Below, piece by piece: positions 24,917 to 35,255 of a DNA stretch of 64,000 nucleotides (positions within the stretch are counted from its first letter, which is position 1; every line of letters starts with the position of its first letter). The DNA is from an uncultured Verrucomicrobiota bacterium (GTDB taxonomy: Bacteria; Verrucomicrobiota; Verrucomicrobiia; Palsa-1439). The position numbers and the translations under genes were made by a program. The DNA is taken from positions 115,649-179,648 of the forward strand of contig CAZISE010000003.1 of the NCBI GenBank assembly GCA_964541945.1, read 5' to 3'. The notes below the pieces were generated by a model, which did not search any database, was not told the origin of the DNA, and worked only from the letters and a program-made list of their open reading frames with translations.

Positions 24917-27900
24917 ATGACCCAGCCTCGCCCACAACCGATTCCGACGGACACCGCTTCCCCGGACAGCCGACGCGACGGCGTTTCTCGTCGAAACGAA
25001 ATCGCGTTGGTGCTGCTGTTTTTGCTGTTGACGGGCCTTATCCTGACAGTCGGGTGGGTATATCTGAAGCATCAACAGAGGACGCTTCGGACAAAAATCC
25101 TGCAAGACTTGGACACCATTGCCACCCTCAAAGCCCAACAAATCATCCACTGGCGAAAAGAACGCCTTCAGGATGCCCGCTTCTTTTCAAATGCCGCTTT
25201 TGTTCGACAGGACGTGGCGGCTTTCCTGGCAAACCCTTCCTCGGAGATCACACGGGACAATCTGGTCAATTGGCTGCATCTGTTGAAGGGAGGCGACCGT
25301 TATGAGCAGGTGGCGCTGTTTGATGCCGACGGCAACGAGCGGTTGGCCCTCGTACCATGGTCACATCCTCCGGATGAGATGATACTGAAGAACTATTTGC
25401 AGTCTTGCTTGCGTTCTTCCGAGATCATCCTGACAGACCTTCACCGGGGCAAAATAGCCGATGACATCCACATTGACATCTTGATACCAGTGCTCGCTCC
25501 TGGCGCCGAGTCGACGCCGCGCCCGATTGGCGTCATTCTGCTGCAAATTGATCCGCGCAAGTTCCTCTATCCGCTCATCCAATCCTGGCCCACCGCCAGT
25601 CGTTCGGCAGAAACATTGCTGGCGCGACGCGAGGGCGAGGAAGTGTTGTTTCTCAACGAGCTGCGCCACCGCACGAACACGGCTCTGCGTCTCCGATTTC
25701 CTCTCACCCAAAAAGAGTTGCCGGCAGCCATGGCCGTTACCGGGCGCACAGGCATTGTCGAAGGCGTTGACTACCGCGGCGTGCCGGTGGTGGCCGTCTT
25801 GCGGTCGGTGCCTGAAACCGCCTGGTTCATGGTGGCCAAAGTGGATCGGGCGGAGATTGATGTCCCGTTGCGGCGTCAGGCGTTGTTGGTGGCCAGCACG
25901 GTTGGCGCATTATTGATGGCGGCGGCATTTGGAGTGGGTTTCCTGTGGCGGCAACGCGACGCGACACTTTTGCGACGAGCACTGAAGCTGAAACGGCAGC
26001 AGGAACAGTTAACCACGCGTTTGGCATTGGTCACCGAACACACCAACGACATGATGTTGATGACCACCGCCGAGGGGCAGATTGTGGAGGCCAACCCACG
26101 CGCGGGGGAAGGTTACGGGTGGCCCCAAGAAGAGTTGCGACGGAAAACCATTACCGATCTCTGTATCCCGACAGAACGCGCTCGCGTCAACGAGCGTTTG
26201 GGAGCGCTTGGCGAGAATGAAAAGGCGGTGTTGGAGACGGTCCACCAACGCAAGGATGGAAGCAGTTTCCCTGCGGAGATGAGCGTTCGCGCCACCCGGA
26301 TTGCCGAGGCTCGTTATCACTTCTTTGTCATCCGCGACATCACCGAGCGCAAGGCGCACGAGCGAGAAATCGAGCGTCTAAACCGGCTGTATGCCACGCT
26401 GAGCCAGGTCAATCAGAGCATTGTACGGGCCGTCTCACAGGAGGAATTGCTCCAACAGGTGTGCGAAACCATGGCCACGGGTGCCCGGTTCAAGGTGGTC
26501 TGGATTGGCCGTCACGATTCCCAGACCCATCAGGTGAGGCCCGTGGCCAGCGCCGGCGCAAAAACGTATCTCGAACATGTTGTCTTTTATGCGGATGACC
26601 GTCCGGAAGGACGCGGCCCTGTTGGTATCTGCCTCCGGGAAGGTAAGCCCGCCATCTTCAATGATTTCCTGAATGCTCCGCAAAGCCTGGCATGGCGCGA
26701 GGCGGCGCAAGCATTTGAATTGCGAGCGGCCGCCGCTTTTCCGATCCGTTTTCAGGGTGTCGTTTGGGGAGCGCTCACGGTGTACGATACGGAAGCGGGC
26801 GTCTTCCAAGACAAGGAAATCGCTCTTCTGGAAGAGGCGGCGCTGGACATTTCTTACGCGCTCGACAACCTGGACAAAGAGGCGAAACGCCGCCAAGCAG
26901 AGGAGGGCCGACTCTTGTTGGCGACCGCCGTGGGACAGGCGGCAGAGACCATTGTCGTCACCGATGTCAACGGCGCCATCCAATATGTCAATCCAACCTT
27001 TGAACGCGTGACCGGCTATTCGTCCGCGGAAGTCATCGGCCAGAACCCGCGCATTCTCAAGAGCGGCCAGCAGGACGAGCGTTTCTACCGCGACCTCTGG
27101 CAGACCATCCTGAGCGGAAACACCTGGCGAGGACGATTCGTCAACCGCCGCAAAGACGGCAGCCTCTACGTGGAAGAAGCCGTCATCTCGCCGGTGCGCG
27201 ATACCGCAGGCCGGATCACGAATTTCGTTGCGGTGAAACACGACGTAACCGAGCGTGAACAGGCCGCCAGAGCGATGCGGGAAAGCGAGGAAAAATATCG
27301 CATCCTGTTTGAAAACTCCCGCGACGCTTTCATGATCCTGGCAACGCCGAGCTGGCAGTTTACCGATGTCAATGCGGCCACCGTGGAAATGTTTCGCGCC
27401 GGCGATAAAACGGCTTTACTGGCGGCAACACCGTGGCAGTTGTCGCCGGAATTTCAACCGGATGGCCGTCGTTCCGAGGAAAAGGCCAGGGAAATCATCG
27501 AGACAGCTCTGAAGAAGGGCTTCCATTTCTTCGAGTGGCAACACAAACGGTTCGACGGGGATGAGTTTCCGGCGACGATTCTGTTGACCCGGTTCGAGCT
27601 GAACGGGGTGACCATGCTTCAGGCCACTCTGCGCGACATCTCGGCGGAAAAGGCTGCCATGAAATCGTTGCGCGAAACCAATGAGCGCTTGGACCGGGCG
27701 CTCAATGAACTGAAACAGGCGCAGGCGAAGGTACTGGAACAGGAACGGCTCCGAATCGTGGGTCAGATGGCCAGTGGCATCGCTCACGACTTCAACAACG
27801 CGCTCGCGCCCATTCTCGGTTTCTGCGAACTGCTCTGCGAAAATACCAACCTGCGAAAGAATGACGAGAAACTGCGGGAGTTTCTTGGCCTGATGCGCGC

Positions 27901-28858
27901 CGCCGCCAAAGACGCCGCGGAAGTGGTCCGACGACTGCGCGAATTGTACCGGAAACGGGAGGACTACACACAGTTCGGCGCCGTCAATCTCACCAAGCTG
28001 GCACAACAGGCGGTGATGCTGACCGAACCGCGCTGGAAAGCGGAAGCGGCCGCCGCCGGGGCGACCATCCGGTTCGATTTGGATTTGCAGCCGGTGCCGG
28101 ACATTCTGGGAAGCGAGAGCGCTTTGCGGGAAATTCTAACCAACCTGATCCTCAACGCCGTGGACGCCATGCCACAGGGAGGAACGATCCGGCTCCGTTG
28201 CTACGCGGATAATCAGCTTGTCACTGTCGAGGTGAGCGATACCGGGATCGGCATGTCCGAGGAGGTCCGCCAACACTGTTTCGACCCATTCTTCACGACC
28301 AAAGGAGAAAAGGGAACCGGTCTGGGGCTGGCAATGGTGGATGCCATCGTCCGCAATCACGGCGGCACCATCCACGTCGTCAGCCAACCCGGCGAAGGCG
28401 CAACGTTCACCCTCCGGTTTCCCGTTGCCAACATCAGCGATATAACGGAGGGAAATGCTACGGGCAAAACCTTGCGGCGCCGTCTGCGGATTTTGTTGGT
28501 GGACGATAAGCCGATGGTCAGCCGCGCCTACAGCGAGTTTCTGCGCCACGAGGGGCACACCGTTTATGAGGCAACCAACGGACAGGAGGGATTGGCGGCA
28601 TTCGCCGCGCAACCCTTTGATGTAGTGGTCACCGACATGGCCATGGCAGGCATGGGCGGCCAACAACTGGCGGAACGCCTCCAACAACAGGCGCCCGGCA
28701 CTCCGGTGGTGTTGCTGACCGGTTTCGGTGATTTGATCAAAACGCAGTCCCAGAAACCGCCGGGCGTGACGGTTGTACTCGGCAAGCCGGCTACGCTGAA
28801 GGAATTGCAGACTGCCATCGAAGAAGCGGTCAAAACGCGGTCAAAAGACACAACCTGA
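24917..28858 (+). CDS. large membrane-anchored multi-PAS/GAF hybrid sensor histidine kinase with C-terminal receiver
   Basis: There is an N-terminal TM (IALVLLFLLLTGLILTVGWVYL) and a periplasmic-like domain with a second TM. Several PAS domains follow (e.g. IVVTDVNGAIQYVNPTFERVTGYS), then a GAF-like region, HisKA RIVGQMASGIAHDFNN, HATPase VSDTGIGM/GTGLGLA and REC LRILLVDDK...DVVVTDMAM. The C-terminal ~370 aa are a close paralogue of the 22380 kinase. Confidence 0.8.
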   Translation: MTQPRPQPIPTDTASPDSRRDGVSRRNEIALVLLFLLLTGLILTVGWVYLKHQQRTLRTKILQDLDTIATLKAQQIIHWRKERLQDARFFSNAAFVRQDVAAFLANPSSEITRDNLVNWLHLLKGGDRYEQVALFDADGNERLALVPWSHPPDEMILKNYLQSCLRSSEIILTDLHRGKIADDIHIDILIPVLAPGAESTPRPIGVILLQIDPRKFLYPLIQSWPTASRSAETLLARREGEEVLFLNELRHRTNTALRLRFPLTQKELPAAMAVTGRTGIVEGVDYRGVPVVAVLRSVPETAWFMVAKVDRAEIDVPLRRQALLVASTVGALLMAAAFGVGFLWRQRDATLLRRALKLKRQQEQLTTRLALVTEHTNDMMLMTTAEGQIVEANPRAGEGYGWPQEELRRKTITDLCIPTERARVNERLGALGENEKAVLETVHQRKDGSSFPAEMSVRATRIAEARYHFFVIRDITERKAHEREIERLNRLYATLSQVNQSIVRAVSQEELLQQVCETMATGARFKVVWIGRHDSQTHQVRPVASAGAKTYLEHVVFYADDRPEGRGPVGICLREGKPAIFNDFLNAPQSLAWREAAQAFELRAAAAFPIRFQGVVWGALTVYDTEAGVFQDKEIALLEEAALDISYALDNLDKEAKRRQAEEGRLLLATAVGQAAETIVVTDVNGAIQYVNPTFERVTGYSSAEVIGQNPRILKSGQQDERFYRDLWQTILSGNTWRGRFVNRRKDGSLYVEEAVISPVRDTAGRITNFVAVKHDVTEREQAARAMRESEEKYRILFENSRDAFMILATPSWQFTDVNAATVEMFRAGDKTALLAATPWQLSPEFQPDGRRSEEKAREIIETALKKGFHFFEWQHKRFDGDEFPATILLTRFELNGVTMLQATLRDISAEKAAMKSLRETNERLDRALNELKQAQAKVLEQERLRIVGQMASGIAHDFNNALAPILGFCELLCENTNLRKNDEKLREFLGLMRAAAKDAAEVVRRLRELYRKREDYTQFGAVNLTKLAQQAVMLTEPRWKAEAAAAGATIRFDLDLQPVPDILGSESALREILTNLILNAVDAMPQGGTIRLRCYADNQLVTVEVSDTGIGMSEEVRQHCFDPFFTTKGEKGTGLGLAMVDAIVRNHGGTIHVVSQPGEGATFTLRFPVANISDITEGNATGKTLRRRLRILLVDDKPMVSRAYSEFLRHEGHTVYEATNGQEGLAAFAAQPFDVVVTDMAMAGMGGQQLAERLQQQAPGTPVVLLTGFGDLIKTQSQKPPGVTVVLGKPATLKELQTAIEEAVKTRSKDTT

Positions 28859-29175
28859 CGCCACGCGGGGTTGGTGTGGTGTTTGTCGGAATTTGCCGAC
28901 GAAAAATTCCGTGGTTTTTACGGGGTAATCGGGAACGATCATGCACCGGTTCTGCTTCGAGGGTATCTCATGAAAAAAGGGGGAACGATTCCGAGTTTTG
29001 AGAATCTCAGGGAAAACTTGTCCTGTGAAACCACCGCAGTTCTCTCATTTGGAAGGAGGCCCTGACATGTTTGGCGAAGGAAACAATCCATATCCGGCAA
29101 CTCCGCAACTCCCTTCGCTGGAACAAAACCATTCACAGTGCGGCGGACTGTGGACCGTCAAGAAAAGGGCGCAGA

Positions 29176-29573
29176 CCATGAAAGTGGCGATTGTGGATGA
29201 TTCCTTATTGATCCGTCGAATGCTGCGTGAGCTTTTGATGATCATCCCGGGCGTGGAAATTACAGGAGAAACGGGAAACGCTGCCGCGGCAGACTCCATG
29301 ATCCGACGCGCGCAACCCGATGTGGTCATTTTGGACATCAACCTGCCCGGCGGCGACGGCATTGAACTGCTCCGCCGTGTTAAGGAAACCCAACCGGGAT
29401 TGAACGTCATCATGTTCACCTCTTACTGTAGCCCGGAACATCGAAAACGGTGCCAGGAAGCAGGCGCCAGTCTTTTTTTTGACAAAACCTGTCAAATCAG
29501 TGTGCTCATGGACGCCATCCGACGGATGGCTGAAACGAAACAACGTTCCAGAGTAAACTGCCCTAATTCGTGA
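29176..29573 (+). CDS. stand-alone receiver-domain (CheY-like) response regulator
   Basis: Internal ATG (M K V A I V D D S). REC signatures are DDSLLIRRML, DVVILDINLPGGDG and IMFTS. The listed ORF starts at 28998 with a non-canonical codon. Confidence 0.7.
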
Positions 29574-29780
29574 CACCGGTTACGTTCTTGCTCGTCTGAT
29601 TTGCCAATCGGTCGGGGCGTCGTTTTTTTCTTTATCCTCACAAGCGTGCGAGCGGGACACTTCCATTGACAATCGTTTTCGCTTCCGCAAGAATCGTCGC
29701 CATGACAGCGTTCATCGTCGAAGCCGTTCGCCGTCCCTACACGCCGCCAACCTCCTCCTAACCCGAAGGAATGCCACATC

Positions 29781-32447
29781 ATGTCACCGCGTCACGCTTT
29801 TTCGTCATCACGCATGTGGGTTTTTATTCTTGCCGTTGCATTGGTCTGTGGGCGGACAACAACCGTCGCCGCACCACTCGAAGAACGTTGGGCGCCATTC
29901 TATTTGCCGTGGGAAGCGCCTGACGGCGCCGTGGGAGACGCCCGTTTCTTGTTGGATGCTCCGGCGGGCAAACACGGTTTTATTCGGGTTCGTGACGGTC
30001 ATTTTTGGTTTCCACAGGCCGGTCGAGCGCGGTTTTGGGGCGTCAATCTTTCCGGTGAAGCGAATTTCCCGCCGCTGGATGTTGCGCCGCGTCTTGCCGA
30101 CCGGCTGGCAAAATTCGGTTTTAATCTCGTGCGGATGCACGGGCTGGATACGCCGTGGGGTAACACATTTTTCGGTTGGAACGCCCCTGATACTCTCCAC
30201 CTGAAACCGGAGCGGTTTGAGAAATTCGATCGTCTCGTCGCCGAACTGATCAAACGCGGCATCTATATCAACCTCAATCTTCATGTTGGCCGCAAGTTCA
30301 CCGCCGCCGATGGTGTTCCACAAGCCGAGTGGCTCGGTTACGGCAAATACTGTGTCATCTTTGACCCGCGAATGATCGAGTTGCAAAAGGAGTACGCCCG
30401 ACAATTGTTAACCCATCGCAATCCCCATACCGGCCGCACTTATGCCGAGGAACCGGCAGTGGTAATCATCGAATTAACCAATGAAGATTCGCTGTTCCTG
30501 GCTTGGACCTCCGGTTTTCTTCGCGGACGACAAACCACCCGTCCCGCCTCCGATTGGTGCGACATCCCTCCGTATTACGCCGAGGAGTTGACACGATTCT
30601 ATAACGAGTGGCTGGCAAAACGCTACCCCACGCGCGCCGACCTTGTCCGCGCCTGGCAACAGGGCGCGCGCCATGCCGGGGCGCCGCTGTTGCAAAACGG
30701 CATGTTCACCGATGGAGCAAAACACTGGGATTTCTGGGCTGCTGAAAAATCCCCCGCCCGCTGGGAGATCACCGGCGACGCTGCCCAGGTCACCATCCAC
30801 GGCGTGGACGGTACACCGTGGCATGTGATGTTGACACAACGAAACCTGAAACTCCAAAAAGGAATGAAATATCGCGTCACGTTCCGCGCCCGCGCTTCCG
30901 CCACGCGAACCGTGAGCGCCGAAGTCTGCCACAACGACCCATGGCGCGGTTATGGCTACGCCCATTGCGATCTCGGCGAACAATGGCAGGATTACCAGTT
31001 TACCTTCACCGCGCCGGATAACGATGATAACGTGCGACTCAGTTTTCAGTTCGGACAAGCCACCGGGACAGTCTGGATCGCCAACGTCAACCTGCACGAA
31101 GCCCCAATCCATGGCCTGCGCGACGACGAAGACCCCGCCCGCGGCACCGTGCGGCGACTCGACCCGTCGGAATTCGACAGCGCCACGGCAGAGCGTTTCC
31201 GCGATGAGGGCCGGTTCTATTTCGAGTTGGAACAACGATACTATGAAACCATGCGACGGTTTCTCCGCGATGAGCTGAAAACGCGTGCGCTCATCGAGGG
31301 CACCAATGAAAACTACGGCCTGCCCAGCCTGCGCGCACAGGCAATGCTGGACCTGATGGATTGCCACGCTTATTGGCAACACCCGCGGTTCCCACGTCAA
31401 GCGTGGTCAAACACCGATTGGGACATCGAAAACACTTCCATGCTCGACACGCCCGCCCGTTGCACCATCAGCGCCATCAGCCGCTCTGCCGTGCTTGGCA
31501 AACCCATGACCGTCAGTGAGTACAATCACCCGTTCCCGAATGATTACGGCTGCGAGATGCCGCTGCTGCTGGCTGCCTACGCCAGCTTGCAGGACTGGGA
31601 TGCCGTGTACAGCTACACCTTTGGCCACAAATGGACCGAGCGTGAACTCAGCGGTAACGTCATTACCGGCTACTTCGACATTTGCAACGAAGCGAGCAAA
31701 CTGGCACAGATGCCCACCGCTTCACTGCTGTTTCAACGCGGCGACGTAAAACCCGCCCGACGCCTTGTGAAACGCTGTTACGACGAACATCGCCTCTACG
31801 ACAGCCTCAAGGAAAAACGTTGGGACCTCATCCAATTTTTCACCGTGGGCGAGCTTTCACCACTGTTACCACTGGTGCATCGTGTCCGCATCGAAGATTT
31901 CACCGCCGATCGTACCACACGCGCTGAAGAAATTGGCTTTAACGCCCCGAACACCCGCATCGCCAGCGATACCGGCGAACTGTTGTGGGAAACCACCGGT
32001 CAGCGCACGGGACGCCTCACCATCAACACCTCACATACCCAAGCCGCCCTCGGCTGGATCGGAAACCAAACCCTGCGCACAAGCGATGTCGAGTTTCGCC
32101 TCAACACGCCGTTTTGCGCCGTCAGCCTGATCGCGCGGGATGGACGCCCGTTGGCAAACTCAAAAAAAATACTGCTCGTGGCTGTCGCCCGTTCCGCCAA
32201 TAGCGGCATGCAGTGGAACGCCAACCGCACCAGCATCGGCAACCACTGGGGCAATCCACCGCTGCTCATCGAACCAGTGACGGGCCGGGTCACGTTGCAG
32301 CGCGCAGATCGTGCGAGCAATCTCTCGCTGGTCCCACTCGACGGCACCGGTCAGCCACAACCTGAAAAAGCCACTCCACTATCACAACAACACGGCACCT
32401 ACATCATTCCCCTGACAGAGCCAACGGTCTGGTATGTTTTGCAATGA
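29781..32447 (+). CDS. secreted glycoside hydrolase (GH5-like TIM barrel) with inserted CBM4/9-like carbohydrate-binding module
   Basis: Signal peptide MWVFILAVALVCG. TIM-barrel hydrolase-like FWGVNLSG...FGFNLVRMHG and IIELTNEDS (NE acid/base-like). The central CBM_4_9-like module is NGMFTDGAKHWDFW...VTFRARASATRTVSAEVCHND...VRLSFQFGQATGTVWIANVNL. The family assignment is tentative. Confidence 0.5.
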   Translation: MSPRHAFSSSRMWVFILAVALVCGRTTTVAAPLEERWAPFYLPWEAPDGAVGDARFLLDAPAGKHGFIRVRDGHFWFPQAGRARFWGVNLSGEANFPPLDVAPRLADRLAKFGFNLVRMHGLDTPWGNTFFGWNAPDTLHLKPERFEKFDRLVAELIKRGIYINLNLHVGRKFTAADGVPQAEWLGYGKYCVIFDPRMIELQKEYARQLLTHRNPHTGRTYAEEPAVVIIELTNEDSLFLAWTSGFLRGRQTTRPASDWCDIPPYYAEELTRFYNEWLAKRYPTRADLVRAWQQGARHAGAPLLQNGMFTDGAKHWDFWAAEKSPARWEITGDAAQVTIHGVDGTPWHVMLTQRNLKLQKGMKYRVTFRARASATRTVSAEVCHNDPWRGYGYAHCDLGEQWQDYQFTFTAPDNDDNVRLSFQFGQATGTVWIANVNLHEAPIHGLRDDEDPARGTVRRLDPSEFDSATAERFRDEGRFYFELEQRYYETMRRFLRDELKTRALIEGTNENYGLPSLRAQAMLDLMDCHAYWQHPRFPRQAWSNTDWDIENTSMLDTPARCTISAISRSAVLGKPMTVSEYNHPFPNDYGCEMPLLLAAYASLQDWDAVYSYTFGHKWTERELSGNVITGYFDICNEASKLAQMPTASLLFQRGDVKPARRLVKRCYDEHRLYDSLKEKRWDLIQFFTVGELSPLLPLVHRVRIEDFTADRTTRAEEIGFNAPNTRIASDTGELLWETTGQRTGRLTINTSHTQAALGWIGNQTLRTSDVEFRLNTPFCAVSLIARDGRPLANSKKILLVAVARSANSGMQWNANRTSIGNHWGNPPLLIEPVTGRVTLQRADRASNLSLVPLDGTGQPQPEKATPLSQQHGTYIIPLTEPTVWYVLQ

Positions 32448-32468
32448 GTCTTGCCGTGCGTGTATGGC

Positions 32469-33692
32469 TCAGCGTTCCCCAATGCAAAAGAGATGTTTCT
32501 CCCCACGAAATAAAAGACGCCCTTCTACCGCCACCGGCGATGCACTGACCTGTTCACCAAGCTCATTCTGCGCAATGACTGACGGCATCTCGCCAAGCTG
32601 AATAACGTAAACGCTGCCGTTCTCGCGAACAATATAGAGCTTGTCATCCGCCAATGTGGGCGAAGCGTAGAAAATGCCAGGCCCTTTCGGGAGAGAGACG
32701 CTCCAGCGCGTTTTGCCAGTCACAATGTCAAGCCCGTCCACACGAGACTTGTCATTAAGAATGCACACACAGTCCTTGTACACGGTCGGCGATGGCGAAT
32801 AGGCGCCGGTATCCTCGCGCAACCAGAGCCGTTGGCCGCCAAGCTTGACTCCATGACACCGCATTCCGCGCCCGTATGGCACTACCACAATGCCGTTGGC
32901 AACCACAGGAGAGGCCACCGGCGGCCAGTTGGCTTTTTTCTCGGGATTAAACTCGCCACAAGACCACAAAAGCTTGCCATCGGCAGCCGAATGCAACGTG
33001 AGATGCTCCGCCCCCCAAACCAGCAATGATTCGATCCCTTGAAAATCCAGTACAATCGGCGTCGTATAACCGTGGTCAGCTTCAAAAGCGACTTCGTAAT
33101 CACGTGACACCTTCCAGTGGAGATTGCCAGTGCGCTTGTCAAAAGCCGCAATATATGAATCGCCGGCCCGCATCATGGCCACCACAACATCTTTCGCAGT
33201 CAATACAGGCGAAGAACCCGTATCCCAAAACAATTTGTCCGGACCGTATCGCTCGATAAGGTTGGTTTGCCAACGAAGTTTTCCATCCATTTCAAGCGCG
33301 GCCAACGTCCCACTCTTGAAATAGGCGAATAACCCGTCACCATCTGTGGTAACCGATGGATTGCAACCTGAACCGGCCTTGTGTTTTCCAAGACGCCCAG
33401 GGCCGAGTTTGGTCTGCCAAAGTAGTTTCCCATTCCAGTCAAATGCCAACACAGCGTCTTGCCCTTCCACGGGTGCGGTCAGGTAGATGCGATGTGCCCA
33501 CACAATTGGGGTTGAACACCCCTTGCCCGGTAGCGGAACTTTCCAGAGCAGATTCGTGTTGGCTGTCCAAACCGAAGGATAGATGCCAGCCGCGGCGGTC
33601 CCATTGTCGCGCGGTCCACGCCAACGTGGCCAGTCTTCTGCCATGACAACGGAACCCAATAAGCACGTCCACAACAGCGTCCAGACTAACAT
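32469..33692 (-). CDS. PQQ-like beta-propeller repeat protein (BamB-like), secreted
   Basis: The probable start is ATG ~33690-33692 (MLVWTLLWTCLLGSVVMA). There are repeated ...LLW/LRW/LHW... W-containing beta-propeller blades (e.g. NLLWKVPL, GKLLWQTKL, GKLRWQTNL, GNLHWKV, GKLLWSCG, KTRWSVSL). Confidence 0.7.
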   Translation of the reverse strand: MLVWTLLWTCLLGSVVMAEDWPRWRGPRDNGTAAAGIYPSVWTANTNLLWKVPLPGKGCSTPIVWAHRIYLTAPVEGQDAVLAFDWNGKLLWQTKLGPGRLGKHKAGSGCNPSVTTDGDGLFAYFKSGTLAALEMDGKLRWQTNLIERYGPDKLFWDTGSSPVLTAKDVVVAMMRAGDSYIAAFDKRTGNLHWKVSRDYEVAFEADHGYTTPIVLDFQGIESLLVWGAEHLTLHSAADGKLLWSCGEFNPEKKANWPPVASPVVANGIVVVPYGRGMRCHGVKLGGQRLWLREDTGAYSPSPTVYKDCVCILNDKSRVDGLDIVTGKTRWSVSLPKGPGIFYASPTLADDKLYIVRENGSVYVIQLGEMPSVIAQNELGEQVSASPVAVEGRLLFRGEKHLFCIGER

Positions 33693-33821
33693 ACGTGGAG
33701 AATCACATGCCCCCTTTGATAGCGCAATCACAAAAACATTGCGGTACGGTGTTGGCGCAGTGTCACGTGGCGCTGTTTTTGGTCCACTTCAGCCTTTTCG
33801 TCCTCCCTTAATCTTGGAATT

Positions 33822-33895
33822 TGGCTGCCTCGCTAGGACTCGAACCTAGACAAACTGATCCAGAGTCAGTTGTGCTACCATTACACCACGAGGCA
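33822..33895 (-). tRNA. tRNA-Gln (anticodon CTG)
   Basis: Minus-strand sequence TGCCTCGTGGTGTAATGGTAGCACAACTGACTCTGGATCAGTTTGTCTAGGTTCGAGTCCTAGCGAGGCAGCCA folds as a cloverleaf. The acceptor is 7 bp with the U1–A72 pair typical of bacterial tRNA-Gln. The anticodon stem is ACTGA/TCAGT, the loop is CTCTGGA and the T-arm is CTAGG-TTCGAGT-CCTAG. CCA is encoded. Confidence 0.8.
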
Positions 33896-33956
33896 GTCGT
33901 GGGAACTCAAGTACTTTATGGCTGGTTTTTCTCTTCCGTCAAGCCTCGCACGATTT

Positions 33957-35057
33957 TTAGTTCAATCGCATGGGCATAATAACGTAGAGGAACGGGGCGT
34001 TGACTTTCAAGACCCCAGGGCTTAGTTCGTCGGTCAACTCCAAAGTAACTTCGTCGGCGTCCAAATTCCTCAGCGGGTCCATGAGGTACAAAGGGTTGAA
34101 CGCAATGGTTAGTTCTTTTCCTTTGTAATTGATGGCCAGTGTCTCTTTCGCTTCGCCGACTTCCGGTGTGGTGGCGGTGATGGTCAGGGTGTTTTTTTCG
34201 AAGTTAAGTTTTACCGACTGGGTTTTCTCGCTCGCAAAGATCGAGGCTCGATGAAGTGCTCCCAAGAAAGCTTCTCTTTCGAGTGTGACCCGTTCCTTTG
34301 CTTCCGTCGGAATAACTTGGCGGAAATTGGGGTATGTGCCTTCGATTAACTTTGACACGAGCACTGTATCCCCCATTTCGATGATGACTTGGTTTTCCCC
34401 CACGGACAGCTTTGCCTCGCCTTTTTCGCCAAGGAGTCTTTGGAGTTCGGTAACCGCTTTGGTGGGCAGAATAAATTCGGTTTCGTTACCTTTGGGTATG
34501 GTCACATCGGATTCTGCCAAGGCTAATCGGCGACCGTCGGTTGCCACAACGGTGAGTTTTTCACCCTTAAAACTCATGAAAACACCATTGAGGACAAACC
34601 GGGTCTCATCGGTAGAAACCGCATAGGCTGTTTTCCTGAGCACATCTCGGAGAACCGATTGGTCTATGGTCAATGCCCGATCACTTGTAGGTTTTGGAAA
34701 CCGTGGAAATTCTTCCTCTGGCAATCCCATCATTTTGTAAAACGAGGAACCACATCGCAAAGAGGCCAGGTTCTTATCATCCACGTCCAAATCAATGTCT
34801 GTTCCAACCACCTCTCGAAGAATGGAAAACAACTTTCTCGCTGGAAGTGTTGTGGCACCAGGCTTCGTGATATCGGCGGGAATTTTGCATCGCACGCCGA
34901 CATCCAAATCAGTGGTGGTCAAGGAGAGTGAGTCTTTATCTGCTTGTACCAAGACATTCGAGAGAATGGGAAGAGTGGTCTTGGTACTGACGACGTTTTG
35001 AACTCGTTGGAGTCCCTCCAATATTTTCTCTTTTGTGATGTGCAGTTTTATTGCCAT
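33957..35057 (-). CDS. dnaN: DNA polymerase III beta subunit (sliding clamp)
   Basis: 366 aa. MAIKLHITKEKILEGLQRVQNVV...TLPILSNVLVQADKDSLSLTTTDLDVGVRC has the typical DnaN N-terminus and three-domain length. Confidence 0.9.
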   Translation of the reverse strand: MAIKLHITKEKILEGLQRVQNVVSTKTTLPILSNVLVQADKDSLSLTTTDLDVGVRCKIPADITKPGATTLPARKLFSILREVVGTDIDLDVDDKNLASLRCGSSFYKMMGLPEEEFPRFPKPTSDRALTIDQSVLRDVLRKTAYAVSTDETRFVLNGVFMSFKGEKLTVVATDGRRLALAESDVTIPKGNETEFILPTKAVTELQRLLGEKGEAKLSVGENQVIIEMGDTVLVSKLIEGTYPNFRQVIPTEAKERVTLEREAFLGALHRASIFASEKTQSVKLNFEKNTLTITATTPEVGEAKETLAINYKGKELTIAFNPLYLMDPLRNLDADEVTLELTDELSPGVLKVNAPFLYVIMPMRLN

Positions 35058-35255
35058 GGGTATGTACCTAGGATTAGTTGATTATCCAAAAGAACCGTCG
35101 TCTTCTTTCGGCTGTGAATATCGGAAACAACTTCTGTTGTCAAGGGAACAGCAAGGACTTGGACACAAGAAAACTTGGAGAAGAACCCGGACAAAAAATG
35201 GGAAACAAAGGAGGAAAAAGAGAAATTCAACATCATGGGATGTTATTCACATGAT

